Shown piece by piece: positions 25,848 through 38,295 of a stretch of DNA of 64,000 bases. Made by a program: the position numbers and the translations under genes. Position 1 is the stretch's first letter; every line of letters begins with the position of its first letter. The stretch is from Felis catus (taxonomy: Eukaryota), in contig NC_058368.1 of the NCBI RefSeq assembly GCF_018350175.1, positions 138,572,001 through 138,636,000 on the forward strand. Reading direction: 5' to 3'. A model generated the notes under the pieces. That model worked only from the letters and a program-made list of their open reading frames with translations. It made no database searches and had not been told where the DNA came from.

Positions 25848-26629
25848 AAAGTCCAGATCTAAAAAGCAGACTATCAACTCAGCTGGGTTTTTAAAAATAG
25901 ATGTTCTTATTTTATAAGGAGTACCTTTGGAATCTTTAAATCACATAGCATTTTCACATATTATGTCTCATAAACCATGTCCCAAGCACCAGCCCGGATC
26001 CAAAGTTTGGCCTGATAAACCCAGATTTTAATATGTATTCCCGGGGAAAGGAATAAACATTTGCAGACTGTCTACTTTGTGCCACATTCTTTTATATCTT
26101 ACTTAATCCTACTTTTCAGAAAACAAAACAAAAACAAAAACAAAAAACAAAAAACAAAAAAACTCAGAGCCAGAGAGGTTAATGTGCCAAAGGCTACACA
26201 GCAGAGAAACGGCAGAATGAGAAATGACCAGGTCAGTAGGTTCTGCTCCATCATGCATCCCGGATTTGCACAGCATTTCTCTACTCCGCAAAGTCTATCC
26301 AGCCCTTTTTTGCTCTCCCGATGTGGTCAAAGGAGGTCCCTTTGAAAACATCTCATGTGCATGGATTCAGAGGAAGCAATCTCCTCCTTAAACTCTTTGG
26401 GATATGAGACATATGGCACCAAAGAATGAGTAATAGCTCTCCTTTCTTTTTATATTCCTTCCTGGATTTTAAGTGTTCGAGATGTTTTAGTTCACAACTT
26501 CAAAGTCCGTAGAGCAGGGCATGTGGAGCCTGGAAGAATCCTAAGCGGCAAATGGACGATCAACTACAGATTGCCATTTTAAAACACAGGTTATGCTTAA
26601 GCACGTGGCACAGTCTAGTGGGAGATCTA

Positions 26630-26990
26630 ATTTCACCCCATTTTACAGATGGAGAAAATGAGGTTCAGAGAGGTTAATTCACCTGAAACCCACACAACCC
26701 GGCAATAGCAGGGCCTTTGCTTTGTGCCCGGCCCAGGATTATTCCCACTGTTTCTATGAATAACAAATAGCAAGTGCTTTTGTAGCCTTTACTATGAAGG
26801 AAACTAAGTTAACTAATTCAGTCCTCACGACAACTCCATGAAGTAGCTACTTGGATTATCGCCTGATTTTACAACCGAAGAGTCTGAGGCACAGTGATCT
26901 AAAGGACCTTGTTCAAGGTCACCCAGCTGGCAGGAGACAGGATCAGGATTCACATGCACACAATCTGGGTTCACTGTCCCTGTGCCATTA
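26630..26990 (-). mobile_element. Two adjacent MIR fragments
   Basis: cccattttacagatggagaaaatgaggttcagagaggttaa and ttttacaaccgaagagtctgaggcacagtgatctaaaggaccttgttcaaggtcacccagctgg. Confidence 0.75.
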
Positions 26991-27597
26991 ACCAGTCAAC
27001 CACGATCTTTTTTCTGCCTCTCCTGGCAGCGACAGAGTCGGACAAGATCGTCTGCCTCCAAATTCTGTGCTCCTTCCATCTGTTTCGGCCAAGGCAAGGC
27101 CTGGGTTTTAGCCCAAGGGAAGAGTACAGGCAAGGAAGGAGAAAGTATGTGAGGTGAACGCAATGTGTGGCAGGTGCATGGTTCTACAACGACGTAGAAC
27201 TGGTTCCCCAACCCTGATGACTCCGTAGGCAACTAGTGACTTACACAAACACAGACGCAGATGAGTGGTGTCTGGGAGACTTGCATCCTCTCTCTTTCTC
27301 TCAAACGCACACACTCACACATTCACACTCACCTGCCGCCTGTTAGAACTTCCCTCCATTATCCACCTTTACAAAGGCCCGGTCAGTGGAGAGAAAAAAA
27401 AAAAGAGAAACAACCAAAGATCTGTGGTCTGCAGCTGCCAGAGGGACAAGTTGGTTGGCAAGCAGTGAATAGAGGGCCCACTCTTTGGGATTCTGGCATC
27501 GTCCAGAGCCAGGCGACCTGATGTTTTCTCCCAAGGACTGTGCGTGTGAATGTGTGTGTGCCTGTGTGGAGTTCGCAGCAAGAACTGTATTGCACCA

Positions 27598-27830
27598 GGG
27601 GCGCCTGGGTGGCGCAGTCGGTTAAGCGTCCGACTTCAGCCAGGTCACGATCTCGCGGTCTGGGAGTTCGAGCCCCGCGTCGGGCTCTGGGCTGATGGCT
27701 CAGAGCCTGGAGCCTGTTTCCGATTCTGTGTCTCCCTCTCTCTCTGCCCCTCCCCCGTTCATGCTCTGTCTCTCTCTGTCCCAAAAATAAATAAACGTTG
27801 AAAAAAAAAAATTAAAAAAAAAAAAAAAAA
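27598..27830 (+). mobile_element. Can-SINE, young felid type
   Basis: Near-consensus body, long A tail; perfect TSD aagaactgtattgcacca. Confidence 0.98.
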
Positions 27831-30139
27831 AGAACTGTATTGCACCAGAGGAGTAAGTTACACATAAGGAAATGGACCCACACGTATCAAAGGCAAGAAA
27901 TGTGGGCACAGTGATTAGGAAAACAGAGTCATTGCGCAGTGAGGGCAGGGATCATGTTTCTCTTTTATGTGGAGCCAAAAAGAACTGAAGCTTGTGTTCG
28001 CTGTGCCTGAGAAAGCCGCCATCACAGGTGACACGAGTAGGTATGAACACAGTGGGAAGAGGTGTTGGACTTGTAGTTTCAGAGTCACATCTACACCCAG
28101 ATGATACTTGAAGGACTTCCGTGGGGGACCTGGCTCACCTTGGGCAGCTACCACCTCTGGGCATCCCCCTGCGCCCCCACAAAGCCCAATGCATCCTATT
28201 AGGCAACTCACTTGGAAAGACCCCAGGGCTTCCTTAAAGAGCACCGTTAGCTTCAAGACAACCAAGGAGGTCTTCTATTTTCGACCACCCGCCGAGGCAC
28301 AGAAATGTTGGAGCAGTGAAAAGTGGTCCCAGGAATGGCTAGCGATTAGGAAAAAGGAAAAGAACAAGAGAGACACACGACGACGAAGAAATGAGCATTA
28401 AACACGCTCCCCAGGATCTGAATTTTGCACAGTCCTTCTGACCCAGGGGCCAGCCGGACCCCGTCCATTTCTAGTGATTCGAGTTAAAGGGGAGACGGGG
28501 CGGGAGTTCTAGGAATGGGCCCTGGGGTCACTAGTGAGGACAGGAGTTGTGAAGAAGGGTTCAGCTCCACGTGTCGCCTTCTCCTTCCCACCCCTCCTGA
28601 CTACCCACTGGAAGAAGACATCCATAGATCTGCCACTCGACTGCCTATCAAGCTGCCTGGCAAGGTGGCAGGGTTGATAGGGTTGCAGTGGGCAAAATGA
28701 AACTGAGAAGGACGAGAAGCTGGCAGGTTCCCATCAGACAGGATGGACAGGGGCTGAGCAAGGGAAGGACAGGGCTGATGAGGAGTGGGGGTGAGGCAGG
28801 GAGGAGGAAGAGAACCTCACCCCTGCCAGTGGAGGCGGGGAGTCTGCAGGTAGTGGAAGGGACCCAGGCAAGGACTTTGGAAGCAGCTGTCGCATGTGAG
28901 AGGGGGTGACGTGGCGGGGGGGGGGGACCAAGAGAGAAGCTGTGCTTCGGTGATGAATTGAATGTCCTTTTGGTAGGTTGCGGGGAGCCAGGGGTGTTTC
29001 ATTTGGTTTCATTGTTTTAAGCCCTCAGTCAACATTTACATGGCTTTTTAATTACTTTGCCTACTGGACTGATGTCTTCAAATGAGACAGTGAGCTCAGT
29101 AAGCCGCTAGGCAATTTGATTAGGGTTTCATTTCCTTTTCAACTCCACGACTTTAGAGACGGAGCAGGCGCCGAGGCTGAGTCTAGTTTCACCCCGGGCA
29201 CCCACAGGTCCGGGCTCCCTTGGGATGCCCGGATAGTGAGCCGGGGAGACAAGCAGACAGAGCCTGAGTCCCTCCTCTCAACCAGAATCGCTCCATTAAA
29301 ACCGTCTCTTTCATACATAAAACAGCGTTCAGTATAAGGTTTCCTTTGGGGAATAAGGAGATTCCTCTGCTAAAATAAAGTTTGTAATACAATGATTTAG
29401 TCTCTGTCCCTTATCGAGAAGCAAACTGAGCCCCGGAGTCTGTGATTTGCCTAGGGTCCAGTTCCTGAGGCAGCACCACCCCCAGAGCCAGCCTCCCTGT
29501 CCATCCGTCTCTCCGTATACATTCCTGCCTCTAGACACACACATGTTTCCAATCCTTCTCTGTGCTCTGTTCCCTATCATGGAGCAGGCAATGTAGACTT
29601 TCTTTGGGAATATTAAAAAAAAGAAAAAGGAAAAAAGGCAGACTAAAAGTGAGGGAGAAGCAATTCTGCACCTACTACATCTCAGGAATACAAATGCTAC
29701 CGCGCCCAAGAGAATCCCAGCCAACTGCAAAGAAAAAGGGCTTAGCCATGTAATGCTGTATCTTGTCTCCTAGAGCAATTCCTCTTCATTCTCTTGATTT
29801 GTGTACTTAGCTCTAAACTCATCCATGATCTTTTTCAGACAGTTGGTCTGCTTGGTCCTGTCTCGTGACATCCTAGAAGTAAACGGGTTCTTTCCTTTGC
29901 CCCCTGGCTGGTGCTCAGCTTTGCCCTTAGCTCCACCAGCCCTTTAAAGGCACCCACGCTCTTTCTTCTAGTGTCTCAGGAACAGCAGCTGGTACCAACC
30001 CGATTTCATGGAAGCTACTTCCCTTGTTAAATAAAAACCGAGGGTTAGGACTGGGAGGTGACCTGACCACCCCAAGGCCCATCAATCCCCGAACTGACTC
30101 CCGTTCCTCACCTGTTCTTTGCCTGTGATGGAAAAGTAT

Positions 30140-30345
30140 GCACGGAAGCCACCCCCGCCCCCCAACTCCTGCTGATTATCTTCAAAGACCCAGGGCCAAT
30201 GAGTCAGCGCAACTCAGGAATCTGATTTTGTAAAGAGGTGAGACTGTTTTGAGACACAGCCAGCACATGCCCAACAGAACTGCACCACGCGACACGCCAA
30301 GTGTCGGTTGAAGAGCGTCAGTGACACAACAGCACGCGTCACGCT
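30140..30345. promoter_or_regulatory. Candidate enhancer-like motif cluster
   Basis: ETS core CGGAAG (30143), GC box CCCCGCCCC (about 30153), CCAAT (30196) overlapping ATGAGTCAGC AP-1/NF-E2-type site (30199), two CGTCA half-CREs (30316, 30337); CpG-retaining, no repeat recognised. Motif evidence only. Confidence 0.3.
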
Positions 30346-30629
30346 GAGAAATCCTAAAGGAGTGGACACCTCAAACCAGGTTTAAAATGCATTGATCTCG
30401 TTTCAACCAACATTGATCACGTCCGGTTTCAAAATTCGCATTTGACCAGTCCAAAAACATCACGTCTGACCCTCATATTTGGGTGTCATGCCCCTTTCTT
30501 TGTGTCATAGCACTTTCTTTGGGTGGCGGAAGCTTTTTTCTTTCTGGTTCTGTGTGGTTCAGTCTAACCCCAACCCCACTTCACGTCCGGTGCTGGGGAG
30601 TGGGGTGAATCCCGTGTGATTCTGACTCA

Positions 30630-30960
30630 CCTCCACTGAGCTCACAGTCCAGTGATGGGGGTAAAGAGCCATGACGTATAAACAGGATAGAAAAACAATC
30701 ACACTGAAGTGTGTAACACAATGAGTCGAGGCAGCAAAAAAGAGGAAGTGATTTATTCTCCCCGGGAGAGTCATGAAGATTCTCTGCCCTCCTCAGAGGA
30801 CTGGGTTTTCCATACGAGGTAGGGGCTCTCTTGGGATTCGGGGCAGAAAGAAGAACGTGTCTGAAGGCATAGCCTTATGAAAACACAGGATCCAGTTCAG
30901 AGAAGGCCAAGAGATTCCTTGTTGCTACGGCAACTGTGGGCAGGTGACGGGTAGTCAAGG
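30630..30960 (-). mobile_element. L2 fragment
   Basis: gagctcacagtccagtgatgggg...acaatcacactgaagtgtgtaac resembles the antisense L2 3' region. Confidence 0.5.
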
Positions 30961-31613
30961 GAGGTGAAAATGGAAGGGTAGTTGGAAATAGAACATGTTT
31001 GCCACATTTAGAAAATGCAGCTTTATCCTATGGATAACTTAAATATATGCATTTATTTTCCCTTCTTTCCTCATCACAGAAATAATACATTCTCATTAGA
31101 AAATTTAAAAACGTTTAAATGGCAGGAAGAATCACCCATAATCCTACCTCCGGTGAAGACAGCTGTTAACATTTTCACTCGTCATTTCAGATACACACAT
31201 GTAGACACACGCACACATGGGGCCAGATGGACGGATGGTCTTGTTCTCTTTATTTAACCACATATTGTGAACATTTTCCATCTCTGTTGTGGGATATTAG
31301 ACCATTCGTAATTTTGTCAGGTTTTGAGGAAACTAGAAAGAGCATATACAGTTGTTTGTGTGGTTGCTCGCTGATTGCCATAACTTAGAATCACAATTTC
31401 TGATTCAAAGCAAATATACATTTTAAGTCTGTTCCTAGTTTTGTAAAATGTCTCTTGAGAAAGGCTACGTGCACCATTAACTTAGCATGAGGAGTTAAAT
31501 GAAGACATTTCCTCATTTCTTTGCCATTATTGAACCTTCCTATAATTTTTGCCGCGTTGTTGGCCCAAACTAATATATTATCAATATTAAAATTTTCATT
31601 AGTACAAGGGTAC

Positions 31614-31834
31614 TTTTTAAAAAAACTTTTTTAATGTTTATTTATTTTTGAATGAGAGACAGACAGAATGTGAGCGGGGAGGGGCAGAGAGAGAGGGAGA
31701 CGCAGAATTCGAAGCAGGCTCCAGGCTCTGAGCTGTCAGCGCAGAGCCCAGCATGGGGTTCAAACTCTCGCACTGTGAGATCATGACCTGAGCCAGAGAT
31801 GGACACTTAACCAACTGAGCCACCCAGCCCACCC
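31614..31834 (-). mobile_element. Can-SINE
   Basis: Antisense body; TSD caagggtac(t/a)tttt. Confidence 0.95.
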
Positions 31835-32214
31835 AAGGGTACATTTTTTAATGTTCATTGACCTTTTGATTTTTCTTCTGTTGTGAAATGCCTACCCCTG
31901 TTTTGGAGCCATTTTTCTATTAGGAGATTTTTCTCTTTCTCATTTATAAAAACCACTTATACATTAATGATAGAAACTTTTTGTCTGTAGCAAATGCTTT
32001 TTCAATTTGTCAGTTCTTTGTAATTTGTTTATGGCAATTTTAGACAGATAGAAGTTTTTTAATTATAAGAAACCCATAAACCTTTTTTTACTTAAAAGGG
32101 TCATTCCCTCTGAAATCAGATCGCTATCTTCCATCATATTCTTCTATTTAAATAATATAACACATCGCAAATTTATTTGATGTATGAGATGAGATAAGAA
32201 TCCAAATTACCCAT

Positions 32215-32696
32215 GAAGTGGGCTGAAAAATTGCCCCCCAGAGATATCAGGTCCTCATCCCTGGAACCTGTGTTCGCTTATAAGTAACAAGGATCTTTAG
32301 AGTTGGGAATAATTTAAGGATTTGGACAGGGGAAGATCATTCTGGATGAGCTGGGTGGTCTGTAAATCCAGTCACAAGTGTCCTTGGAGAGACAGACACA
32401 GGAGATTTGGCACCCAAAGAGGAGGAGAAGGGAATGTGCAGACAGAGGCAGAGTGGCAAATGGTGCAGCTACAAGCCAATGAGTGCCAGCAGCCACCAGA
32501 AACCGGGGAGGGCAAGGAACAGATTGTCCCCGAGAGCCTCCAGAGGGAGCGCGGCCCTGCCAACACCTTGGCTTTCTTTCACCGAAACTCGTTTCCAAAT
32601 TTTGGCCTCCAAATGTGTGACAGAGCAAATGTGTGTTGTCCCGTCAAGCCACCAAGGTTGTGGTGATTGGTCACCGCGGCCACAGGACATTCACAC
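32215..32696 (+). mobile_element. MaLR solo LTR (MLT1C/D-like)
   Basis: gtgggctgaaaaattgcccccc...gtcctcatccctggaacctgtg...gagcctccagagggagcgcggccctgccaacaccttg...aagccaccaaggttgtggtgattggtcac. Confidence 0.88.
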
Positions 32697-33641
32697 CCCA
32701 CTCCCCCAAATCGTTTTCCTAAAACAATAAATATCAGCATTTTCTTACTTGTCTGAAATGCCATCTGAGTTGTTGATTCTTCTCATTCATCCATCTATTC
32801 CTGTGTCACTATTTCAGTTCTGTCGTTTCGATTCCGTATCTGGCAATACGAATATTCCTTTGTTAAACAAAAGATATTTATTTTTAACTATGCCATCTTC
32901 CAGAAAACAACTCTTGCAAGTTCTCTACAAGTGTCATTTGGGACTAAGTGCATTACATTTATAGAATAATTTGGAGAGGAATTACCTGTTCAAGGTATTA
33001 CTTGTTGCCGTTCCCACTCTCTTATTATTAAAACTCTCCATTTATGTGCTACAGTAACTCTCAAAATTCCCTTCACAGAGTTCCTGTACATTCCTTAAGT
33101 TTCTACTTAGTGCTTCCTGCCTGCCTTCCTTCTCCTCCTTCTCTCCCTCCCTCTTCTTCCACCACCCCCCCCCCCCCACCGCCTTCCGCCTTTTTTTCCT
33201 TTCTTCTGTTGCTGCTTATATAATGTCTTTCAGCAGGGGAGTGACGTGATTTTTTTCTTTGGCAGCTAATTTAAATTTCTAACTTTGTTTTGTTATTTTC
33301 TTAGGCTAATACTGAAACTCATTTTTAGGTCCTAGCAGATGCCGTGTGGGTGGTGGCAAGAGGCAATGCGAGTTATGATGTACGTGTGTGGGACGGGGTG
33401 GGGGACAACAATGCTGGTAATTTTTAATTAGCTCTTGATAATTAAGGGATCGTTATTCACGTATTTTGAAATTGGGTACAAGATGGCCTTATGACTTTTT
33501 TAAAAAGAGAAAAGTGTCTCCAAGAGTTATACCTAGAAGCTCTCCTATAAAGACCCTCTTGACTTTTTTTAAATCCATTGTTGACATCCCTTTGTTTTAG
33601 ATATGGGAAGAAAATTCTTTTCTGCATCAGTAATGAGTTTT

Positions 33642-33832
33642 GGGGTGCCTGGGTGGCTCAGCTGGTTAAGCATCCAACTCAGGTCGGACTCAGTTGGCTA
33701 AGCATCCAGTTTCAGCTCAGGTCATGCATGATCTCACGGTTCATGAGTTGAAGCCCTGCATCAGGCCCTAGGCTGAGAGTGCAAAGCCTGCTTGGGATTC
33801 TCTCTCTCCCACTCTCTGCCCCTCCCCTGCCT

Positions 33833-33880
<48 letters not shown>

Positions 33881-33910
33881 AAATAGAACTTAAAAAAATC
33901 TTAAAAAAAA
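33642..33910 (+). mobile_element. Can-SINE, older type, with duplicated 5' segment and (CT)n expansion
   Basis: A-box region present twice (33655-33685, 33686-33723); (CT)n at about 33836-33876; TSD taatg(a/g)gtt. Confidence 0.93.
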
Positions 33911-34272
33911 TAATGGGTTACGAGGCTCAGTCTAGCCTCAATAATGTTATATGTTTGCATAATGTTTTGCCTTCCCAAAACCCAGGCTGGAGAAAAGCTT
34001 TAGAAGAAGTTGGCCTACTATTCAGGTGTGAGAAATAGCCGTCCTATCTCATCTTCCAGACCTGGACAGTCACAACACAGAATTTGGGGAAGACTTTCAT
34101 TGCACGAAGATAGAGAGAGGGAGCTGATATGATTCCACTTACCAGCAGGAAAAATGGGAAGAAAAAGAGAGACCCGTCTCTACTTCATTTGCACTATCCT
34201 AAAGAAATAGATAATGCTGGGTGGAAAAGCTGAAGGCAATGGTTTAGCCTTGGGAATAAAATGAAGCTGTTT

Positions 34273-34495
34273 GTTTTAAAAAATTTTTTTTAATGTTTAT
34301 TTATTTTTGAGACAGAGAGAGACAGAGCATGAACAGGGGAGGGGCAGAGAGAGAGGGAGACACAGAATCCGAAACAGGGTCCAGGCTCTGGGCAGTCAGC
34401 ACAGAGCCTGACGCGGGGCTCGAACTCACGGACCGCGAGATCGTGACCTGAGCCGAAGTCGGACGCTTAACCGACTGAGCCACCCAGGCGCCCCC
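34273..34495 (-). mobile_element. Can-SINE
   Basis: Full antisense body; TSD aaat(g/a)aagctgttt. Confidence 0.97.
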
Positions 34496-35749
34496 AAATA
34501 AAGCTGTTTTAATGGCACCTCATGTTAAGTACATCAGCGATCACGAAAGATTAATTAATGATGGTGATAATAACTGTAATATCATTTTTATTAAAGTGCA
34601 AGAACAATCTGTAAAAAAAAAAAAAGATATTCTCTTCTTAGCGAGGCAGACTTTTTTATTTTCTTCAACTAATCAACACTCTGCCAAGGAAAAGGGAACA
34701 TTCTGCCAGAATTTAAACTGAAGGGAAAAAAAAAAGTCCTCAGGCAAGTTTATATAAAACCCAAGAAAAGTGATACATAATAAATTAAATATACCGAAAT
34801 AAGCAAAGCATGAATATTTAACCACTTGACTATTTTAATTTAAAAGGGAGCTGTGAAACCGAGGCTCTCTCGTACAGGATGGAAAGTTTAAGCCCTCGCT
34901 GCCAGTGCTAGAAGCGGCCCCGCGTCTGTCTTTATTCAGGAGTCTGGCAAACAGGACATGGCACCAGCAGGGCATCGAACTACAGGCTCAGGCGTACGTT
35001 TGCCAAGGGCTGACCGTGTTCCAGAATCGACAGGGCTGGGGGACGTGGGCACAGAATTTACTGCACCTCTAGGTTCATGTCACCTAGGAAGCCTGCAGGC
35101 GTCAGATGATAAGCCAGAATCATTTTGCTGGGGCCCTGGGATGGGGCTGGGAGCTCTTACGGAGACCACTTACCCAGAATCAAACCCCAAAGCGGAGGCA
35201 AATGCGAATACATGTAAGTGTTAATCATTCAGGAGACTGAACGGGTGAAGAAGAAGCAGGGGGAACAGACAGGGCAACTGAGGAAGGAGGCAGAGAGCAA
35301 AAATGAGGTTCCACAACCGCATGGAGGGGCGGACACCTGTCCCAGCCCCAGCAAAAGGAGGCGCCGGATCCTGAGGAAGCTGTTTCTCCCTCTCCGGGCC
35401 TCATTTTTCATTTCCCTTTCAGACCCCGTCCTTTGAAGTGTATATAAAATTGATCCTTTCCCTCTCCATTCTGTGCCCTGTCCGAAGTATACAATGTCTC
35501 CGTGCACAAAGAAAACACAATTCCCCTCCCTCACGGGCTTTCCTGTCTAGGAGGGAAAATGGACATGGGACAAAATAGCAGGGCAAAACTGAAGAGAGGA
35601 GATTACTGGCTAGATCATGTTCCGATGGGAAGATATCCCAGAGTTAAAGAAAGATGGCAAGAAGCAAAGGTGAGTGGCAGGTGGCAGGTGGCAGGTAAAC
35701 ACAGGGGAGTGATGCCATTGTCTTAGGTATGGGGAAGAGATTTTAAGAC

Positions 35750-35975
35750 CTAATATTTATATTAGGGCCTGGACTGAGAACTTTGTATGTATGAGTCTAT
35801 TGAACCCTCACCCCGTTCCGTAAGTTAGATGTGATTTTCACCATCCCCATTTTATCGATGAGAAAACAGACTCAAAGAGGCCAGGGAACTTGATAAAAGG
35901 AAAAAGCTAATAAGCACCAGCGCTGGCACCGAAATGCAAGTCTCTGCTCCAAAGCCGTGCTCTTTATCATCACTC
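35750..35975 (-). mobile_element. MIR SINE
   Basis: atccccattttatcgatgagaaaacagactcaaagaggccagggaacttg. Confidence 0.7.
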
Positions 35976-36923
35976 TGTGCTGTTTTCTAATTGCTGGACA
36001 GATAGTCCAGCATTTAAAAATACTACTTGATCTATGTAGACACAGACCAGGTCTGGAGAGCCAATGTTCTTTTTGGCCGTATTAGAACTTACGCGTATCT
36101 ACCGTAGGCACTGCTCAAAATGCAGAAGGTGAGGTGAGTCTTGAAAGCGATTATAGTCTGGCAGGTAGTGCTAGAACACATCAGCCTATTCCTTTAGAAT
36201 AGATTACAGAGCGTAACGCTATAAGCGAAAATAGTCTTTTCCCTTCTGCGTGCAGAACACAACAAAAGCACTTCATGGTTCTACAGCTCTTTCCACCTAA
36301 TAGCTTATTGTTTCCCAGAATTCTTGTAAACCCTGGGATGTCTTCATTCCTCTGAGCTGCCCCAATGTTTCTTCGTAATGTGTCATGTGACAGAAACATC
36401 TAGAAAATGTTTCTTCCTGGCACTATCATTAGAGTATTTCTTCTTCTGTACTCATTTGATATTCAGGGAGAATGAGGCATGGAGAAATTAAATACATTCT
36501 GGATGTGCACTAAGGGAGCCGGGGATAGAATCAGGGTGAGGATTCTGATTATCAGACCACTATCTTCTTTGAGATTCCAGTCATCCCCTTGCAATCAATC
36601 GGCAGAAAAAAAATCCAAGATTCCTAGGAGGCGATTATCTACACAAACAGCTTCTTATCAGCAAACCTAAAATGCTTTCCACAGGCAATAATGAAAGCAC
36701 TTGGGAAATTCATGCTGGCAGGCTTTTTCCCTCATAAGCTCTGTAAGTGTGAAGGCAGGGGGCATAAATGAGAGGGAAGAAAAGCTTTCTGGAAGCATTA
36801 CTTACCGATGGAAAAAGCACTGATTTTGTTAAAGCTTTATAAAAACAGCTCAGGTCTAATGTGATGTGAAATTTGACTTGAATCTCGCACCCAACAGCCT
36901 TAGGAGGGCGGATTTAAGCATTT

Positions 36924-37149
36924 ATTTTTTTTTTAATTTTTTTCAATGTTTTTTATTTATTTTTGGGACAGAGAGAGACAGAGCATGAACGGGGGAGGGG
37001 CAGAGAGAGAGGGAGACACAGAATCGGAAACAGGCTCCAGGCTCCGAGCCATCAGCCCAGAGCCTGACGCGGGGCTCGAACTCCCGGACCGCGAGATCGT
37101 GACCTGGCTGAAGTCGGACGCTTAACCGACTGCGCCACCCAGGCACCCC
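36924..37149 (-). mobile_element. Can-SINE, young felid type
   Basis: Full antisense body; short TSD aagcattt. Confidence 0.97.
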
Positions 37150-37439
37150 AAGCATTTCTTATTCTATTTAAGCATTGCCTCTTGGTGTGGCCTTCAGAGC
37201 CACAGCCAGCCTTCAAGTACCAGGAATGATCTGTGTTGGCACTCTCCAGGCCTCACCTTGTCTTCCTCCTACTCTGTCCACAGAGTGCTTTTCCGGGTGG
37301 AGCTCTGAGGTTCTGGGTTAAAATGTGACCAGCCGGGTTTCCAGGTGTTTCTCGTGCTGCTCAGCGTGAGTCAGGCCCCGCCTCTTCTGTTACTATATGA
37401 TTTCCCGACTTGTATGTGGGCCCCTTAAACTGAGATGAC

Positions 37440-37494
37440 AGATAGATAGATAGATAGATACGTGCATAGATACATAGAGATAGAGACAGAGATA
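37440..37494. repeat. (AGAT)n microsatellite with degenerate tail
   Basis: agatagatagatagatagat followed by imperfect units. Confidence 0.85.
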
Positions 37495-37639
37495 AAACAT
37501 ATTGTATATTTCTACTTATACTATTTACTCGTATTTACTAGATATTTCTATGTATAGTATTTTACTATTTACCTATAGTTACACTATTACTTGGAATTTT
37601 TATCATTAGAGTGTACGTATTCTTGAGTAATTTAAAATG

Positions 37640-38080
37640 TATTTTTCAAAGGTTGACTGTCAAACTTACATTCAGAATTTTAAAAAGTAGTATGAACATG
37701 TTCGCTTTAAAGAACCCTTAAGATATACAGATAAAAAGACTATTACAGACCATCTGTAATCACACTTTTCTGAGGTAACATTTGACAGTGTTGAAGGTAT
37801 AACATTTCTTCCTTTTTTCCCTGTAGATTTATACATAAACACATACAACATATAAAATCACACATATATCTAATTGTAATAAGTATAGTGAAATATTTAA
37901 TATCATTGTAAAATATAAATAAAATAATATTTGATGTTATTAAATATATATTTATATATACTACATTATATTTACTCTTGAACTGCCTTATGCCTTTTTG
38001 CTTAAAAATATATTGTGAACACCTTTCCATGTATGATATATGTACACAAAATCCTTTTTAGGGTAGCGGAGTATTCTAGT
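37640..38080 (-). mobile_element. Ancient L1 (L1ME-like) 3' remnant
   Basis: AT-rich; ttttgcttaaaaatatattgtgaacacctttccatgt...aaatcctttttagggtagcggagtattctagt. Confidence 0.55.
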
Positions 38081-38085
38081 TATTC

Positions 38086-38130
38086 TTTATTTTTTTCAAA
38101 GAAAAGGCACAAGCGGGAGAGAGGGACAAA

Positions 38131-38170
<40 letters not shown>

Positions 38171-38295
38171 CTCAAGTAGGCCCATACCTAGCACAGAGCC
38201 CGGAGCAGGGTGCAATCCCACAACCCTGAGATCATGCATGACCTGAGCCAAAATCAAGAGTCAAACGCTCAACCGACTGAGCCAGTCAGGCCCCT
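38086..38295 (-). mobile_element. Can-SINE, older type, with (GA)n; no TSD seen
   Basis: gagagaatctcaagtagg...aaatcaagagtcaaacgctcaaccgactgagcc. Confidence 0.9.

Larger units (their letters stand above)
31050..33110 (-). mobile_element. Ancient L1 (L1ME-like) remnant, interrupted by a Can-SINE and an MLT1 LTR
   Basis: T-rich antisense L1 phrases (catattgtgaacattttcca; ttttcttctgttgtgaaatgcct; ttgtctgtagcaaatgctttttc) continuing across both insertions. Confidence 0.6.
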
